Assembly (NCBI GenBank): GCA_965218435.1
Contig: CBDCKW010000005.1
Span: 480,001 to 544,000, forward strand
From: Truepera sp.
GTDB taxonomy: Bacteria > Deinococcota > Deinococci > Deinococcales > Trueperaceae
Direction: 5' to 3'
DNA: 64,000 bases
In this document: positions 32,565 to 44,293 of the stretch, piece after piece
Numbering within the stretch: position 1 is the first letter of the stretch
Layout: the number at the start of each line of letters is the position of its first letter
Program-made: the position numbers and the translations under genes
The notes under the pieces: model-generated
Database searches by the model: none
What the model saw: the letters and a program-made list of their open reading frames with translations, nothing else
Told to the model about the DNA's origin: nothing

Positions 32565-34727
32565 ATGATGACTAGGGTAGCAAATAAGGAAGCTTACGCT
32601 TATGCAAGTATTACTGAGATCAGTGAAGCGCTACGGCAGGGACACGTTTCACCTGTCGAACTTGTGGAGCTTTGTCTAGGAAGAATCGAACAGCTCAATC
32701 CTAGCCTTAACGCCTTCATTACGGTTGTCGGCGATCAAGCACGGCAAGAAGCCGAAATCGCTGAGCGAGAGATTGTCGCCGGGAACTGGAAAGGGCCACT
32801 GCACGGTGTGCCGGTAGCTTTCAAAGACTTCTTTGATACCGCAGGCATTAGAACAACGGCAGCCTTTGCTCCGTTTGAGGATCGCGTGCCAGCTAAGGAT
32901 GCAGAGGTAGTTACGAAGTTAAAGGAAGCCGGTGCTATCTTGATCGGTAAAACGAACATGCACGAGCTGGGCATGGGTACGACTTCCTTAGATGGCCTTT
33001 TCGGTAGTGTCCATAACCCCTGGAATCACGACTATGTTGCAGGTGGCTCTTCAGGCGGTTCTGCCGCTGCTGTGGCCTCGGGTTTGTGCTACGCCACTGT
33101 GGATACGGACGCTATTGGCTCATGCCGACTCCCAGCGTCTTGTTGCGGCGTTACGGGCTTCAAGGCGACGCACGACCTAATAACCATTGGTGCTAGTTCA
33201 TAGGGAGAACTCAGCAATGCTCATTCTGAAGGGTCAGTTTCAGGATGGAGCTTGTGAAAAAGACGTAGAAGTACGTTGAACATGGCGGTAACGAAGACCA
33301 AGCGCATCTCGATGTAAGCGGCTAAGCGGTGCCAGATACGTTTGAGGTCACAAACAGTTGTCACCATAGAGAGTGCTGTTTCCACCACCATGCGTTCATT
33401 CCAGGTCCCCTTGGCACAGAGTTTGAGATTTTCAGGTACGCCCTTGGCAGCTCTGAAACCCAAGTCCGAGAGCACGATGGTCTGCCCGTCGAAGCACTCA
33501 ATCAGTGGGTGAAACGTCTGGTCGTGCTCGTTCATCCCTGCCCAGTCCCAGCCGACCACCTGACCCAGGTCATTCAAGAACCAACAGAACTTGATGCCTA
33601 CGCTCCACCTCCCCTTGTCTCTGCCTTTCTTGCCTACTTGCTGCTCGCTCCATCCTTGGCGGATGGGGAAGAGCAGTTCGATGGGATAAGAGTCGACTAC
33701 CGTGAAAAAGCTCGGTTTGGCAAGCAATGCCTCACACGAATCCTGATGTGCCCGGAGCAAACGCTGCAAACGTGAACGCTCAGGAAGTCCAGCAAACAGA
33801 TCATCATAGTCGCGCTTGAGCCAACGGTAGAAGGCCCGAAACCCTCTGCCTTTGAGGGCGAACAAGATGCCGATAGTCACAAGTTCGCTCGGATACAGTT
33901 TAGCTTGGGGGTGCTTGGCAAGTTTAGGCATAGTGTCATCGACTTCCATAAAGATACGGATGATAATGTCCTCGGTGGTCATAGGTGCTCCTCCTGTGTT
34001 TGTCGCTATTCACAGTTTCAGAGTTCTCTATGACCGCTTCAACTAGCACCATTGGTTAATAAGCAGCAAAGGGATTCTCGAAAGCGAAGAGGCCGAAGAA
34101 ACCGTTGTTCGGCTGTCTCACACGTCCTTTATGTGTCGCAGTGTCGAGGATGCTGCCATTCTACTAAATGTGCTTGCTGAGGCCAAAGCGACGCCGAACC
34201 AAGCGATCACCGATTACCGTTTAGCGCTTGATATGACCCAAAAGCCGAGTATTGGCCTCGTCCAAAATTTTAAAGCGACCGACGAAGTGCGGCAGGTATT
34301 TATGGAAGCTACCGAGGCGCTGCGCTCTTTGGGTTATTCGACTCGTGACGTTGAAGCACCTTTCGAGTCGGCGTCGTTTGACATTACGAATATGGATAGG
34401 GAGAGAGCGTCGATTTCCGAGGAATTACTTAAGGAGGTGGACGTTCTACTTCTACCTACCCTGACTGAGGCGGTACCAAGTATTGAGAAGGCGCGTGCTA
34501 AAGGGCCGCAAGCGGTCGCGCCTGACAACACCTTCTTCTGTAATTACTATGGCTTGCCAGTCGTAACAGTTCCCTGTGGTTTCAGTCAAAACGGGTTGCC
34601 GCTCGGCCTGCAAATCGTCGGCCCGGCGTGGGGTGAGGACATTGTCTTGGCAGTAGCAAACTGCTTTCAGCAAGCTACACAGTGGCATTTACAACATCCT
34701 GAGGTTTCTAGCCAAGTTGGAACCTGA
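32565..34727 (+). pseudogene. Amidase (amidase-signature family) split by an IS at 33183-34056
   Basis: GPLHGVPVAFKD, GGSSGGSAAAVA and GLPLGLQIVG; rejoins in frame as THDLI-SSKGIL. Confidence 0.9.
33183..34056 (-). mobile_element. IS982-like element, transposase 33221-33982
   Basis: IRs ACCATTGGTGCTAGTT (one mismatch); TAATA duplication; VDSYPIEL, SDLGF and RMVVET motifs. Confidence 0.85.
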
Positions 34728-34743
34728 TTGTAGTTATCTGCTA

Positions 34744-35903
34744 CTCATGTCTTGCACTTATTCAAGGGTTTGAAAAAAGATGTGCTGGTCCGTAGTTTGA
34801 GGTGTGATGACTCAAACCAACCAGCACAGTCATAGTCTACTCAAAACGCTAGAAGCCTTGCTCTGGAATCGCCGTGAAGTAGGGGTGTTCAGGGCGCTCG
34901 TGGCTTTATTTCTCGATTGCAAGCTGCGCACCACCTTGCAGAATCTCAAAGGCATATCGGCCAGTACCGCCAGTCGCTTTTTCAGTTGTGAACACATACC
35001 CGACGGGGTGTTCTGGGCGGAGCTGAACAGCTGGCAGCTAGGGCAGTTCTACCGTTTGCCAAGACGCGGACGACGTGGGGACGTGGTATTGAAACTCGAC
35101 CTGACCTGCATTGAGAAGACCGGCAAGAAGATACCCTTTGTCCGGGTGTTCAACCGCCGCTACGGGATTCAACTGGTAGTGCTGCACGCCTGTTTAGGCG
35201 GACTCAGCTTCCCGCTCGGTTATCGTGTCTACCGAGGCAAAGGCAAAGCGACGGTGGCAGACTTGGCACTTGAGTTGTTGGCAGCGTTTCCAGCCTCGGG
35301 CTGGTTGTCTCGAACCGTAGTTCTGGCGGATGCTGGCTTCGGCAGCACCGAGTTTATTCAGGGCTGCCAGGCTCTGGGTTTCGAACGACTGCTGGTAGGT
35401 ATCCGCTGTAACCGCCAACTCGCTGACGGGCGTCAGCTTACCGAGCTAAGCGAGCGTGGTGAGCAGGTCATGCTCCACGACCTCCCTGTCTTACCACTCT
35501 GGCTCAGCTGGTGCGACGTCAAGCGTGAGGAGGGCAAAAAGCGCTTCTACGTCGCCGCCACCTTTGCTGCCGGGGGTGCCTACCTGGCACGCCGTTATCG
35601 GCAGCGCTGGCTCATCGAATCGTTCTTCAAATCCGTCAAGCACGACTTTGGTCTTAAAGAAGCGCGACTACGCACACAGGTAGGTATCCGGCTGTGGATT
35701 TTTCTGGCCTGTCTCGCGTACAGCTTCGCCAGCTTAGCCCGTCACTTGAGCAAGCAAAACATCACGCTGCTTGAGGCGGCAGAATTCATTCTCGATTCCT
35801 TCACTGATACGCGCCTTATCCACCTGATGATCGACTGTGAGCGCTTTTCTCAAACCAGTCCGCGACGGCTTAAACTGCTGGCTGTATAAGTGCAAGACAT
35901 GAG
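34744..35903 (+). mobile_element. DDE (IS701/IS4-like) element, transposase 34804-35889
   Basis: 17-bp IRs CTCATGTCTTGCACTTA; TGCTA duplication; LDLT, LADAGFG and RWLIESFFKSVK motifs. Confidence 0.85.
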
Positions 35904-36947
35904 TGCTAGCTTGTTTCTCCCGCCCTAAGAGTTTCTTTTTCCGATCAATCCCCCAGCGATAGCCGCTCAGTTCGCCGTCACGCCGCACGACCCGGTGACA
36001 GGGAATTGCCACAGCAACCGGGTTTAAGGCGCACGCCTGAGCCACGGCGCGAACGGCAGCAGGTCGCCCCACCAACTCCGCGACCTCGGTATAGCTCCGG
36101 GTTTCACCGCTGGGGATGGTCTGCAAGGCTCGCCACACCTGCTGCTGAAACGCCGTCCCCTGAATCTCTAGCGGTAAGTCCAGAGTCTTGTGCGGGGACT
36201 TGATCAGCTCGAGCACCTGCACTAGCCAGTCATTTGTAACGTCCGGCTCTAGATCGGCCCGTGGAAAGCGGTCCGTAAGCATCTGCACTAGCCGAGCGGG
36301 GGATTTGCCAAACTCGATGGCGCATACCCCGCGCTCAGTCGCGCCGACGATCAGCCAGCCCAGCCCCGATTCTGCAAGGGCGTAACGGATAGAGAGACCT
36401 GCCGCGCCCTTCCGGTACTGGGTCACACTCATTCCCATGCGCTCGGTCGCACCCTCATAGAAGCGGCTGGAGGCGTTGAAACCCGCGTCATAGATGGCTG
36501 TTGTGACCGCCGCACCACTCGCTAGCTGCTTTTTCAGGCGGCGGTGGCGTAGCCTTTCGGGGTTATACCGACACTAGCCTTGAACAGCCGGTGAAAGTGA
36601 GAGGGGCTCAAACCGACTGCGGCGGCCAGCTTGTCAAGCGCCAGCGCTCCCTCCGCCTCTTCAATGAGCTGGCAGGCACGGACAATCAGCTCAGAGCGGG
36701 CAGCACGCGGCGGGGCCTTGTTCGGGGTACAGCGCTTGCAGGCCCGGAAGCCAGCAGCCCCGGCGGCCTTCTTACAAGCCAAGAACAGCACGTTTTCACG
36801 TTTGGGCAGTCGAGCGGAGCAGGTCGGATGGCAGTAGATGCCGGTCGTCTCAACACCGTACAAAAACACCCCTTCAGCGTGAGCGTCGCGCTGCTGCAAC
36901 GCGGCCCAGCGATGGCTATCAGTCCCAAAATCTTGTAGCGCTGCCAT
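35904..36947 (-). pseudogene. ada: Bifunctional Ada regulator / O6-methylguanine methyltransferase, frameshifted near 36535
   Basis: TTGIYCHPTC..FRACKRC zinc site, AraC HTH and IPCHRV active site lie in different frames. Confidence 0.9.
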
Positions 36948-37039
36948 ATATTGAACGTCCTTTCTCCTAGAGCTTTGGGCGGATTAAATGTACCGTATAC
37001 CTGAAAGCACTTACGGCTTCCCCTCGAAAGCGACGCACC

Positions 37040-37780
37040 CTAAACTGTGTAACCGCCGTCGATGGTGAGCGTCGCTCCGGTCACAAAAGAACTTTCTGGG
37101 CTGGCGAGGTAAGAGACTAGCCCGGCCACTTCGTCTGGAGTTCCGAAACGAGAGGTAGCAAGCAGGCCGAGCTGCGGCTCGGCAAAGGGTCCATCTGCGG
37201 GATTCATATCGGTGTCGGTAGGACCAGGCTGTACCAGATTGATGGTGATGCCACGCGGTCCAAGGTCACGCGCTAACCCTTTAGTCAAACCACCGAGCGC
37301 CGCCTTACTCATGGCGTAGAGGCTCATGTTCGGTCCCGGCACACGCTCTGCGTTGCAACTCCCGATGATGATGATACGTCCGCCTTCTGGCATATGCTGC
37401 ACAGCCATTTGAACACCAATGAAAACGGGACGGACATTGGTAGCTACAAGTTGATCGAAGTCGTCTAGCGTGAGCTCGTCTAGGGGTTTGAGAATTCCTA
37501 CACCGGCGCTGTTGACCACAATGTCGATGTGTCCAAAATCCGCGACGACCTGTTCGATTGTCTCCTGTACTGCTTGCGGATTGGCACTATCGGTTCGGTA
37601 CGCTCTGGCTTCTTGTCCTGCAGCTTTGATCTCGGCGACGACCTTATTGGCTTCGGCTGAACTGTTGAGGTAGGTCAGCGCGACGCTCGCCCCATCTTTG
37701 GCGAAACGCTTAGCGATAGCCGCACCGATACCCCGCGAGCCACCCATCACGAGCGCTACTTTAGATTCAATTTGTCCCAT
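37040..37780 (-). CDS. SDR family oxidoreductase
   Basis: GGSRGIG, VNSAG, YAMSK, PGPTDT and TIDGG motifs. Confidence 0.9.
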   Translation of the reverse strand: MGQIESKVALVMGGSRGIGAAIAKRFAKDGASVALTYLNSSAEANKVVAEIKAAGQEARAYRTDSANPQAVQETIEQVVADFGHIDIVVNSAGVGILKPLDELTLDDFDQLVATNVRPVFIGVQMAVQHMPEGGRIIIIGSCNAERVPGPNMSLYAMSKAALGGLTKGLARDLGPRGITINLVQPGPTDTDMNPADGPFAEPQLGLLATSRFGTPDEVAGLVSYLASPESSFVTGATLTIDGGYTV

Positions 37781-38218
37781 AAAAACCCTCTCTCGTCTAT
37801 CAAGCAATCGGTTCAAATATCCTTCTAGATGATTGCCCGCCCTAAGACGAGACTTATCCTATCGGCTGACGCTGAACGTTACTATCCGTTTTTTGCGGTC
37901 AAATTCGGAGGAGCTGAAACAGTCTAGCGAAGATACTGTTGCCGAATCAGGCCCAGCACTTTTTTGAGTCCATAAGTTATGGTTTCGAGTACTGTTTTTA
38001 TCTCGCTGGTCAGCTTTCCCGCTCAACCTTCAGCTTGTGAAACCTTATCATAGGGATTCGGCAACGGTATCTAGCTAAGCGTGTTTCAGCCCAAACGAGT
38101 TATCGAGTTAGCTGCTCTTTATGCGCGCCGTGTCGTCGGGGTTCGTGACCAAAGCGGGCCGTTACCGTCGCTTTAGGTCTTGACTTCAGCGGCGACTCCT
38201 ATCCAGCGCGTCGCGCGA

Positions 38219-38752
38219 TTAAGCAGGAACGTAGGTCAGCCTGATTACATCCTCACCAATCCGATCATGCGCCACAAGGTGGAGTGGCGGGCGGGGTCCG
38301 GCGAAATATGGTTTGCCGTGACCCAGCACGACGGGGTGCAGGTAGATTCGATACTCATCAATCAAGCCAAGTTCAGTGAGGTGTTGCGCCAAGTTTGGGC
38401 CAGCAACTTCGATCTCCCCGTCGCGCCCTTTCTTCAGCTCACGGATCGCGCCCTCGAGATCAGCCTTAACGAGCCTGGCGTTGGGGCCGACCGACGTGAG
38501 CGAGCGCGAGACGACCCATTTCGGCTGGTTCCGCCACGCCGCCGCGAAGGCGTGTTCCTCTGTATCCCATTCAGGCTGATCGTCGTCCCAGTAACGCATG
38601 ACCTCATACATTTGGCGACCGTAGACACTGCCCGCCTGCCCCTCAGCCTCTTTAATAAAGTGGCGGAAGAGCGTGGGGCTTGGCGCACCCATACGGTCGA
38701 AGTCTACGTAGCCGTCCAGGGACTGGTTCATGCCGAACACGAGCTTAGCCAT
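38219..38752 (-). CDS. Dihydrofolate reductase / RibD C-terminal family protein
   Basis: SLDGYV, GRQMYE, PKWVVSRSL and LIDEYRIYLHPVVLG motifs; AAGGA RBS. Confidence 0.85.
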   Translation of the reverse strand: MAKLVFGMNQSLDGYVDFDRMGAPSPTLFRHFIKEAEGQAGSVYGRQMYEVMRYWDDDQPEWDTEEHAFAAAWRNQPKWVVSRSLTSVGPNARLVKADLEGAIRELKKGRDGEIEVAGPNLAQHLTELGLIDEYRIYLHPVVLGHGKPYFAGPRPPLHLVAHDRIGEDVIRLTYVPA

Positions 38753-39117
38753 ACCACTTCCTTTCCTTAGCCTGCACCCAATAAGGTTTCCACTCGAGCA
38801 GCGCTTTAAGGCGTAAACCGTTTCCACTGGCCTTCGGAGACGACTTCGACGACACGTGTGGAAATCTTATTCAGATCACAAGCGCGGCGCAGTAACGGGC
38901 GCGTCTAGAGAGAACATGGAGGTAACGAAGCCGTAGATAGGTTGAATGAGAATCTAAATATTAAGAAAGCATTAAGGCCATGCCCCGGCGTTTGCTCACC
39001 GCCCTCATCAATGATCGAGGTGAAGCATAAGCAACGCTTTACCCAAGGAGGCTCGAGCATGGATATGGACGCCATTATCGACTACATTAGCCACACTTTC
39101 AAGAGCACGCAAATTGA

Positions 39118-39310
39118 GGTAGTGCTAAAGAGGTAATGCTTGGTTGTAGTGGTGGATAAAGAGCCAGATTGCAGCGATATGGTTGTCTAACCTTTTGGAG
39201 AACGACAGCGTTTTGCGAACGAGTCGGCTTACTCTTTGTCTTAGGGTGCAATTGAAACGCTCGATGTGCTGGGTGCCCTTGCCGCGGCGCTGGCAGGGTT
39301 GGGCGTCCGG
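39118..39310 (-). mobile_element. IS1-family 3' remnant that truncates a small + strand ORF starting at 39059
   Basis: [38 protein letters not shown] terminus. Confidence 0.8.
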
Positions 39311-39401
39311 GGAGAGGAACACAAACGACCTCCTTTAACGCACGAGCGAGGGGGGCGCTCGAGGAAAAGCTCGTATATCTTATTCTTAAGCCACATCGCC
39401 C

Positions 39402-39974
39402 TTACTGTCCAATGATCAGACCGAGGGTAAATAGAAAGAGCAGACCGAGCAGCGCACCGCTCACGCTCCAGAACCAGGCAACTTGCCTGCGGCGGCGGTG
39501 GTGGTGGCCTTCAATAGCGAACAGGACGCCAGGAATCCCGAAGACGAGGGCGGCGGCGGCAAAGTTGAACCAGCCCGTCGCGGACATATTGCCAATCCCT
39601 CGCCCTGTCGCAGGCACCATACCGACGAGGATAAGGAGCTTAACGACGAACTCCGTGCCGGGATACAGAATCTGCGCGCTGGCACTCCCCCAAAGACCTG
39701 CGCTGACGAATGCTGCTGGCAACCTGTCGCCCCAGCCAGTCACGCCTGCCCAAGCGATAAGGATCGTCACCACGCGCAGTAGCGTTGCGGCAAGGATGAT
39801 CCACGCGACCTCATCTACGACCTCGGCGTGGAGGACATGCGGCCACAGCCAGGCGGCCCCAACGACCACGACAAAGAGACCAACCCACACCGTGATGGCG
39901 AGAGCGGGCCAGCGGGTAACCTGACGCGCGTTCGGTTGTCTACTTCCGTGTATCAACAACGTCGTTTGTTCCAT
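39402..39974 (-). CDS. Hypothetical integral membrane protein
   Basis: About 5 hydrophobic segments; GAGG RBS. Confidence 0.65.
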   Translation of the reverse strand: MEQTTLLIHGSRQPNARQVTRWPALAITVWVGLFVVVVGAAWLWPHVLHAEVVDEVAWIILAATLLRVVTILIAWAGVTGWGDRLPAAFVSAGLWGSASAQILYPGTEFVVKLLILVGMVPATGRGIGNMSATGWFNFAAAALVFGIPGVLFAIEGHHHRRRRQVAWFWSVSGALLGLLFLFTLGLIIGQ

Positions 39975-40395
39975 GTGGACCTCTTTTACTCCAAAGTACG
40001 TCGTGGTTCACGCTCACAACAGTATTCCTTGTAGAAGCGATCCAGGCAGCGGGACTACGAAGCGTTACGTAGAAGGTGCCAGGTGCGATGGCAAGCTGTA
40101 AATTCAGCAGATCAGAGGGCAGGTTGCCAAAGACACAGTCATAAAGGAGCCGAAACCATCCGACGGCGCGCTCGGGTTGCAAGCAGGACACGCTGTATAC
40201 CCTACCAGGCCGCCTCGAGTAGCAGGCCGTTGTTGTCGAAAAAGAGGAAGTTCTAAACGGGGCCGATGGTGTTAATAGAGGTAACCTCCACCCCGTTGGC
40301 CAGCAGGCGCGCACGCAGATAAGGCTTCCCAGCCACTTCTCGACCCCCATTAGGGCGTAAACCGTTTCCAATAACCTTCGGAGTATTGCCGGCGA

Positions 40396-41817
40396 TCAGC
40401 CGCGCTGGTGCTGCGGAAGCAGCGAACTGACCACCGCTATAGCCAGACCGAGCCCGGCCGCCATGAGGAAAACCAGATCGTAGCCAGCGGCGAGGGCGGC
40501 GGCCGGGGAACTCCCGACGGCCTCCGTCGCGGCGCTGGCGGCCGTCGCGAGCACCGCCAGACCTACCGACCCACCTAGCTGACTGGCGGTGTTGGCAAGG
40601 CCACCAATGATCCCCGCGTCGCCCTCAGGGGCGTCGGCGGTCGCCGCGACCGTGAGGGTGGGGAAGGTCAGCCCGATGCCAACCGCGATGAGCAGCGTAG
40701 GCCCAAGCACGCTGGTGACGTAGCTGCTGTCGGCCTGTGCCTGTGCGAGCCAGCCGAAACCGGCCAGGAAACCGCCGCAGCCGGCCAGTACCAGAGGGCG
40801 CACACCGGTTCGCGCCAGCAGAGCGGTGGCCAATCGTGCGATCACCATGAACGTCACCGCCGCGGGCGTCTGCCCAAGCCCGGCTTCGAGCGCACTATAG
40901 CCGAGTACGTTCTGCAGGAATAGCGACGTGAAATACCACATCGCGATGGCAATCCCTCCTAACAGCAGCAGCATGACGTTGCCGACGGCCACCCCCCGGA
41001 TTCTGAACAGCCGCAGGGGCATCATCGGCTGGGTGGCGAAACGCGCCTCTACCACGGCGAAGACGACGAGCAGGAGTAGGCCCGCCACGACTGGCACGAC
41101 GACCTGCACGGATGCCCAGCCGTGATCGGCGCTCTGCATGACGCCGTAGATCAGCGCGGCCAGACCCGCCGTCCCCGTGACCGCGCCAGTGACGTCGAGC
41201 GATTCCCGCCGGTCGGTTTGCGTACCGGCAAGCGACATCATGGCCACTGCGATCAGCAACGCGCCGATCGGCACGTTGATTAGGAAGACCCACCGCCACG
41301 ACAGACCAGTTGTGAGGGCACCGCCCGCGACCGCGCCAGCCATCCCGCCTACACCGCCTGCGGCAGACCACAAGCCGAACGCCCGTGCACGCTCGTGCTC
41401 TCCGGTGAAGTAGGTATTGATCACGGCCAGCGTCGCTGGGGCTGCCATGGCGGCTCCCATGCCCTGCGCGATACGGGCTGCCACCAGGACTCCGGGAGCG
41501 GTCGCCAAGCCACCGACTAGGCTCGAGGCGGAGAACAAGAATAGCCCAACAGCCAGCATCCGGCGCTGGCCGAACAGGTCGGCGGCGCGGCCACCCAGCA
41601 GCATGAAGCCGGCGAAGGTAAGCAGGTAGCCGTTTACCACCCAGGCCAGGCCCGTGGGCGTAAAGCCGAGGTCCCGCTGGACCGAGGGCAGGGCAACGTT
41701 GACGATGGCCGCGTCCAGGATCACCATGAACTGACAGGCACACGTCAGTAACAGGACCAACCAGTCGGGACCGGCGTGCGGCCTGGCCCGCCGAGCTACA
41801 GTGCTGGTACTTGGCAT
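40396..41817 (-). CDS. MFS transporter, DHA2 (EmrB/QacA-like)
   Basis: LDAAIVNVALP, GGRAADLFGQRR and WRWVFLINVP motifs. Confidence 0.9.
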   Translation of the reverse strand: MPSTSTVARRARPHAGPDWLVLLLTCACQFMVILDAAIVNVALPSVQRDLGFTPTGLAWVVNGYLLTFAGFMLLGGRAADLFGQRRMLAVGLFLFSASSLVGGLATAPGVLVAARIAQGMGAAMAAPATLAVINTYFTGEHERARAFGLWSAAGGVGGMAGAVAGGALTTGLSWRWVFLINVPIGALLIAVAMMSLAGTQTDRRESLDVTGAVTGTAGLAALIYGVMQSADHGWASVQVVVPVVAGLLLLVVFAVVEARFATQPMMPLRLFRIRGVAVGNVMLLLLGGIAIAMWYFTSLFLQNVLGYSALEAGLGQTPAAVTFMVIARLATALLARTGVRPLVLAGCGGFLAGFGWLAQAQADSSYVTSVLGPTLLIAVGIGLTFPTLTVAATADAPEGDAGIIGGLANTASQLGGSVGLAVLATAASAATEAVGSSPAAALAAGYDLVFLMAAGLGLAIAVVSSLLPQHQRG

Positions 41818-41843
41818 GACTTCCTCCTTTGCTAACCTGCCGT

Positions 41844-42527
41844 TCACGCGGTCTGAGAGGTTTTTGCGGCCCCGGTTGCGCGGGCGTTCCCGTCGCCCGC
41901 GGCGGCATCAGTGACGCGGCTGCCCCCCAGCAGCCGGATCGTGATCTGGGCCAGCCGCCGTCCCTGGTACCTAGCGGCTTCCAGCGCTGCAGCGTCTGGG
42001 CCGTCTCCGGTCGGGCCGGTCACAAACGATGTACCGTAGGGGTTGCCACCGGCGGCGTACACGACCGGATCGGTGTATCCGGGCGGAACGATCAGCGCCC
42101 CCCAGTGGTAGAAGACGTTTCCGAGCGAGAGGATCGTCGCCTCGCTGCCGCCGTGCCGGTTGAACGCCGAGGTAAATGCGGTCACCGGCTTGTCGGCCAG
42201 GGTGCCTTCTCGCCACAGCCCGCCGGCTTGGTCGATGAACTGCTTGAGCTGCGCGGACGGGGTGCCGAAGCGGGTCGGAGTGCCGAACGCGTAGGCGTCA
42301 GCCCAGGCCAGGTCATCCAGGGACGCTTCGGACACCGACCCGGCCACGGCGTCCACGTGCTGGCGCCAGAGCGGGTTCTGGTCAATCGCGCTGTCGGGTG
42401 CCAGCTCGGCGACCCGCCTGAGCCGTACCTCTGCTCCGGCCGAGGCAGCGCCCTCGGTTAGGGCCTCGGCGAGTGCGTACACAGTGCCCGTCGCGCTGTA
42501 GTAGATGATTGCAACCTTCACGGTCAT
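41844..42527 (-). CDS. wrbA: NAD(P)H:quinone oxidoreductase, WrbA type
   Basis: YYSATG, FGTPTRFG, HGGSEATI and GGNPYG motifs. Confidence 0.9.
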   Translation of the reverse strand: MTVKVAIIYYSATGTVYALAEALTEGAASAGAEVRLRRVAELAPDSAIDQNPLWRQHVDAVAGSVSEASLDDLAWADAYAFGTPTRFGTPSAQLKQFIDQAGGLWREGTLADKPVTAFTSAFNRHGGSEATILSLGNVFYHWGALIVPPGYTDPVVYAAGGNPYGTSFVTGPTGDGPDAAALEAARYQGRRLAQITIRLLGGSRVTDAAAGDGNARATGAAKTSQTA

Positions 42528-42552
42528 ATCCGGCTTCCTCCGTGTCGTGTAT

Positions 42553-42590
42553 AATTAGTTATGCGCATAATATTATGCGCATAACTAATT
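42553..42590. promoter_or_regulatory. Perfect 38-bp palindrome, probable MarR operator
   Basis: AATTAGTTATGCGCATAATATTATGCGCATAACTAATT between divergent wrbA and marR. Confidence 0.75.
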
Positions 42591-42605
42591 TGTCAAGGAG
42601 AGCCT

Positions 42606-43043
42606 ATGAATTTCGAGCAAGCCGACGCTGTCAACAAAGCCATCCGACTGCTGAGCCTACGGCACCGGGCCAGGGCTGCAGAGTTGTTGACTCCCCTCGG
42701 ACTGCACCCCGGCCAGGAGATGCTCCTACTAGAGCTCGACCGGACCGGCCCGAGAATCCAAGCACAGCTCAGCGAGGCGCTCGGCTGCGAACCGCCTAGT
42801 GTCACGCTTATGGTTCGCAAGCTCGAGGCCTCCGGCCATATTCGCCGCAAACCCTCCCCTTTTGACAGGCGTGCCAGCATCGTCGAACTCACCGAATACG
42901 GCAAATCTCTGGCCGACCGGGTCAAGCAGCTGTGGTGCGCTCTAGCAGAGGAGACTGTGACCGGCTTGCCCGTCGAAACGGTGGCAGAACTACCCGGCAT
43001 CCTTAAGACACTGACCGGCAACGTTGATAACAGACGCCCCTAG
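42606..43043 (+). CDS. MarR-family regulator
   Basis: GLHPGQE..EPPSVTLMVRKLE..DRRASIVELT. Confidence 0.9.
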   Translation: MNFEQADAVNKAIRLLSLRHRARAAELLTPLGLHPGQEMLLLELDRTGPRIQAQLSEALGCEPPSVTLMVRKLEASGHIRRKPSPFDRRASIVELTEYGKSLADRVKQLWCALAEETVTGLPVETVAELPGILKTLTGNVDNRRP

Positions 43044-43074
43044 TACAGCGACCAGGTAGCAATCTAAGATAAGG

Positions 43075-43494
43075 GCTGCTATTTTTCTTTGATGGCGAAG
43101 GGGCACGTCTCTACGGGGGACGCTGGAACTCGCCGGCGCGCGCGGTGGTGATTTGGCGGGCAGTCTGGCGCTTGCCGTACTCGAGACACTGGTACATGTC
43201 AAAAGCCAAAGGGAACTCGAGGGGTACGTCAAGATTCGCGTCAAAGCGTCTGAAGGTCTAGCGAGCGAAGTTGAGACCCTGCCTAAAAATTGGCAGCAAG
43301 GGAGAGCGCCGGAGGAGACGTGGGCAGTTGGGGACGGGTGGCTCACGGCTAGGAAGACGCCGCTCTTGCGGGTACCCTCCGTTATCATTCCCGAAGAGTC
43401 CAACTACCTCTTAAACCCACAGCATCCCGACTTTAGCAAGCTGACTATAGGCGAAGCCAAACCCTTCTCGTTCGATCCAGGGCTTGGGCTTTGA
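43075..43494 (+). pseudogene. RES-domain toxin, 5' damaged and frameshifted
   Basis: DGEGARLYGGRWNS in one frame; LALAVLETLVH..LRVPSVIIPEESNYLLNP.HPDF in another. Confidence 0.75.
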
Positions 43495-43566
43495 CAATTA
43501 ATAGAACAGGAATTGGACATAGGCTCTCATGAAGAGACCGATTCGAACGTTCAACACAAAGGTTTT

Positions 43567-44139
43567 CTAAAGATTTCGTAGCTCAGTCTGGTATCGCGCC
43601 ACAATGCGCCCAACCGTCGCGGGATGCACGTTAAAGAGTCGTGCTACTTGCGCCGCTGGTCTGCCATCTTGCAAGACCATCACTGCAATCTCTTTCTTCT
43701 GCTGTATCTTGAGCTTCTTTCGCCTACCCCCGGTACGCCCGTTCGCTTTAGCCTCATTGAGTCCTGCCAAGGTGCGCTCGCGGATCAGCGCCCGCTCGAA
43801 GTCGGCGAATACGTCCACCATCTGCATCATCATCCGGCCTGCGGGTGTGGGGGTGTCGATCGCCTCAGTTAAGCTCTTAAAGCCTGCGCCCTCGGCTTCA
43901 ATGCGCTCGAGCAGGGTCAACAAATCCTTAAGACTCCGGCTCAAGCGGTCGAGCTTCCAGACCAAAACGACATCACTGGGACGCAGTTGCCCCAACAATC
44001 GGTGCAGCTCAGGACGATCCCAACGCCCACCTGAAGCGCGCTCGGTAAAAACCGTATCCGCCCCAGCAGCTGTGAGTGCCCGTTCTTACGCTTTGGTATC
44101 TTGCTCGTCGGTCGAGACCCGAGCGTAGCCGAAAACCAT
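43567..44139 (-). pseudogene. Serine resolvase/invertase with premature TAA at 44086-44088
   Basis: GYARVST..A*E..VWKLDRLSRS..FERALIRERT, C-terminal HTH; TGCACAAACC/GGTTTGTGCA inverted repeat upstream may be part of a res site. Confidence 0.9.
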
Positions 44140-44293
44140 GTGTGCATCATTGCACAAACCTGTCGCTTTTCATTCCTGTTTTGCAAGAGGTTTGTGCAAT
44201 GTACTTAATATGTTCTTTGGTCTCAAATTGTCAATATTTCAAATGTAGCTTTCTCGTGTCTTAGAGGCGTTTCCCTAGACACTAGGAGACCTG

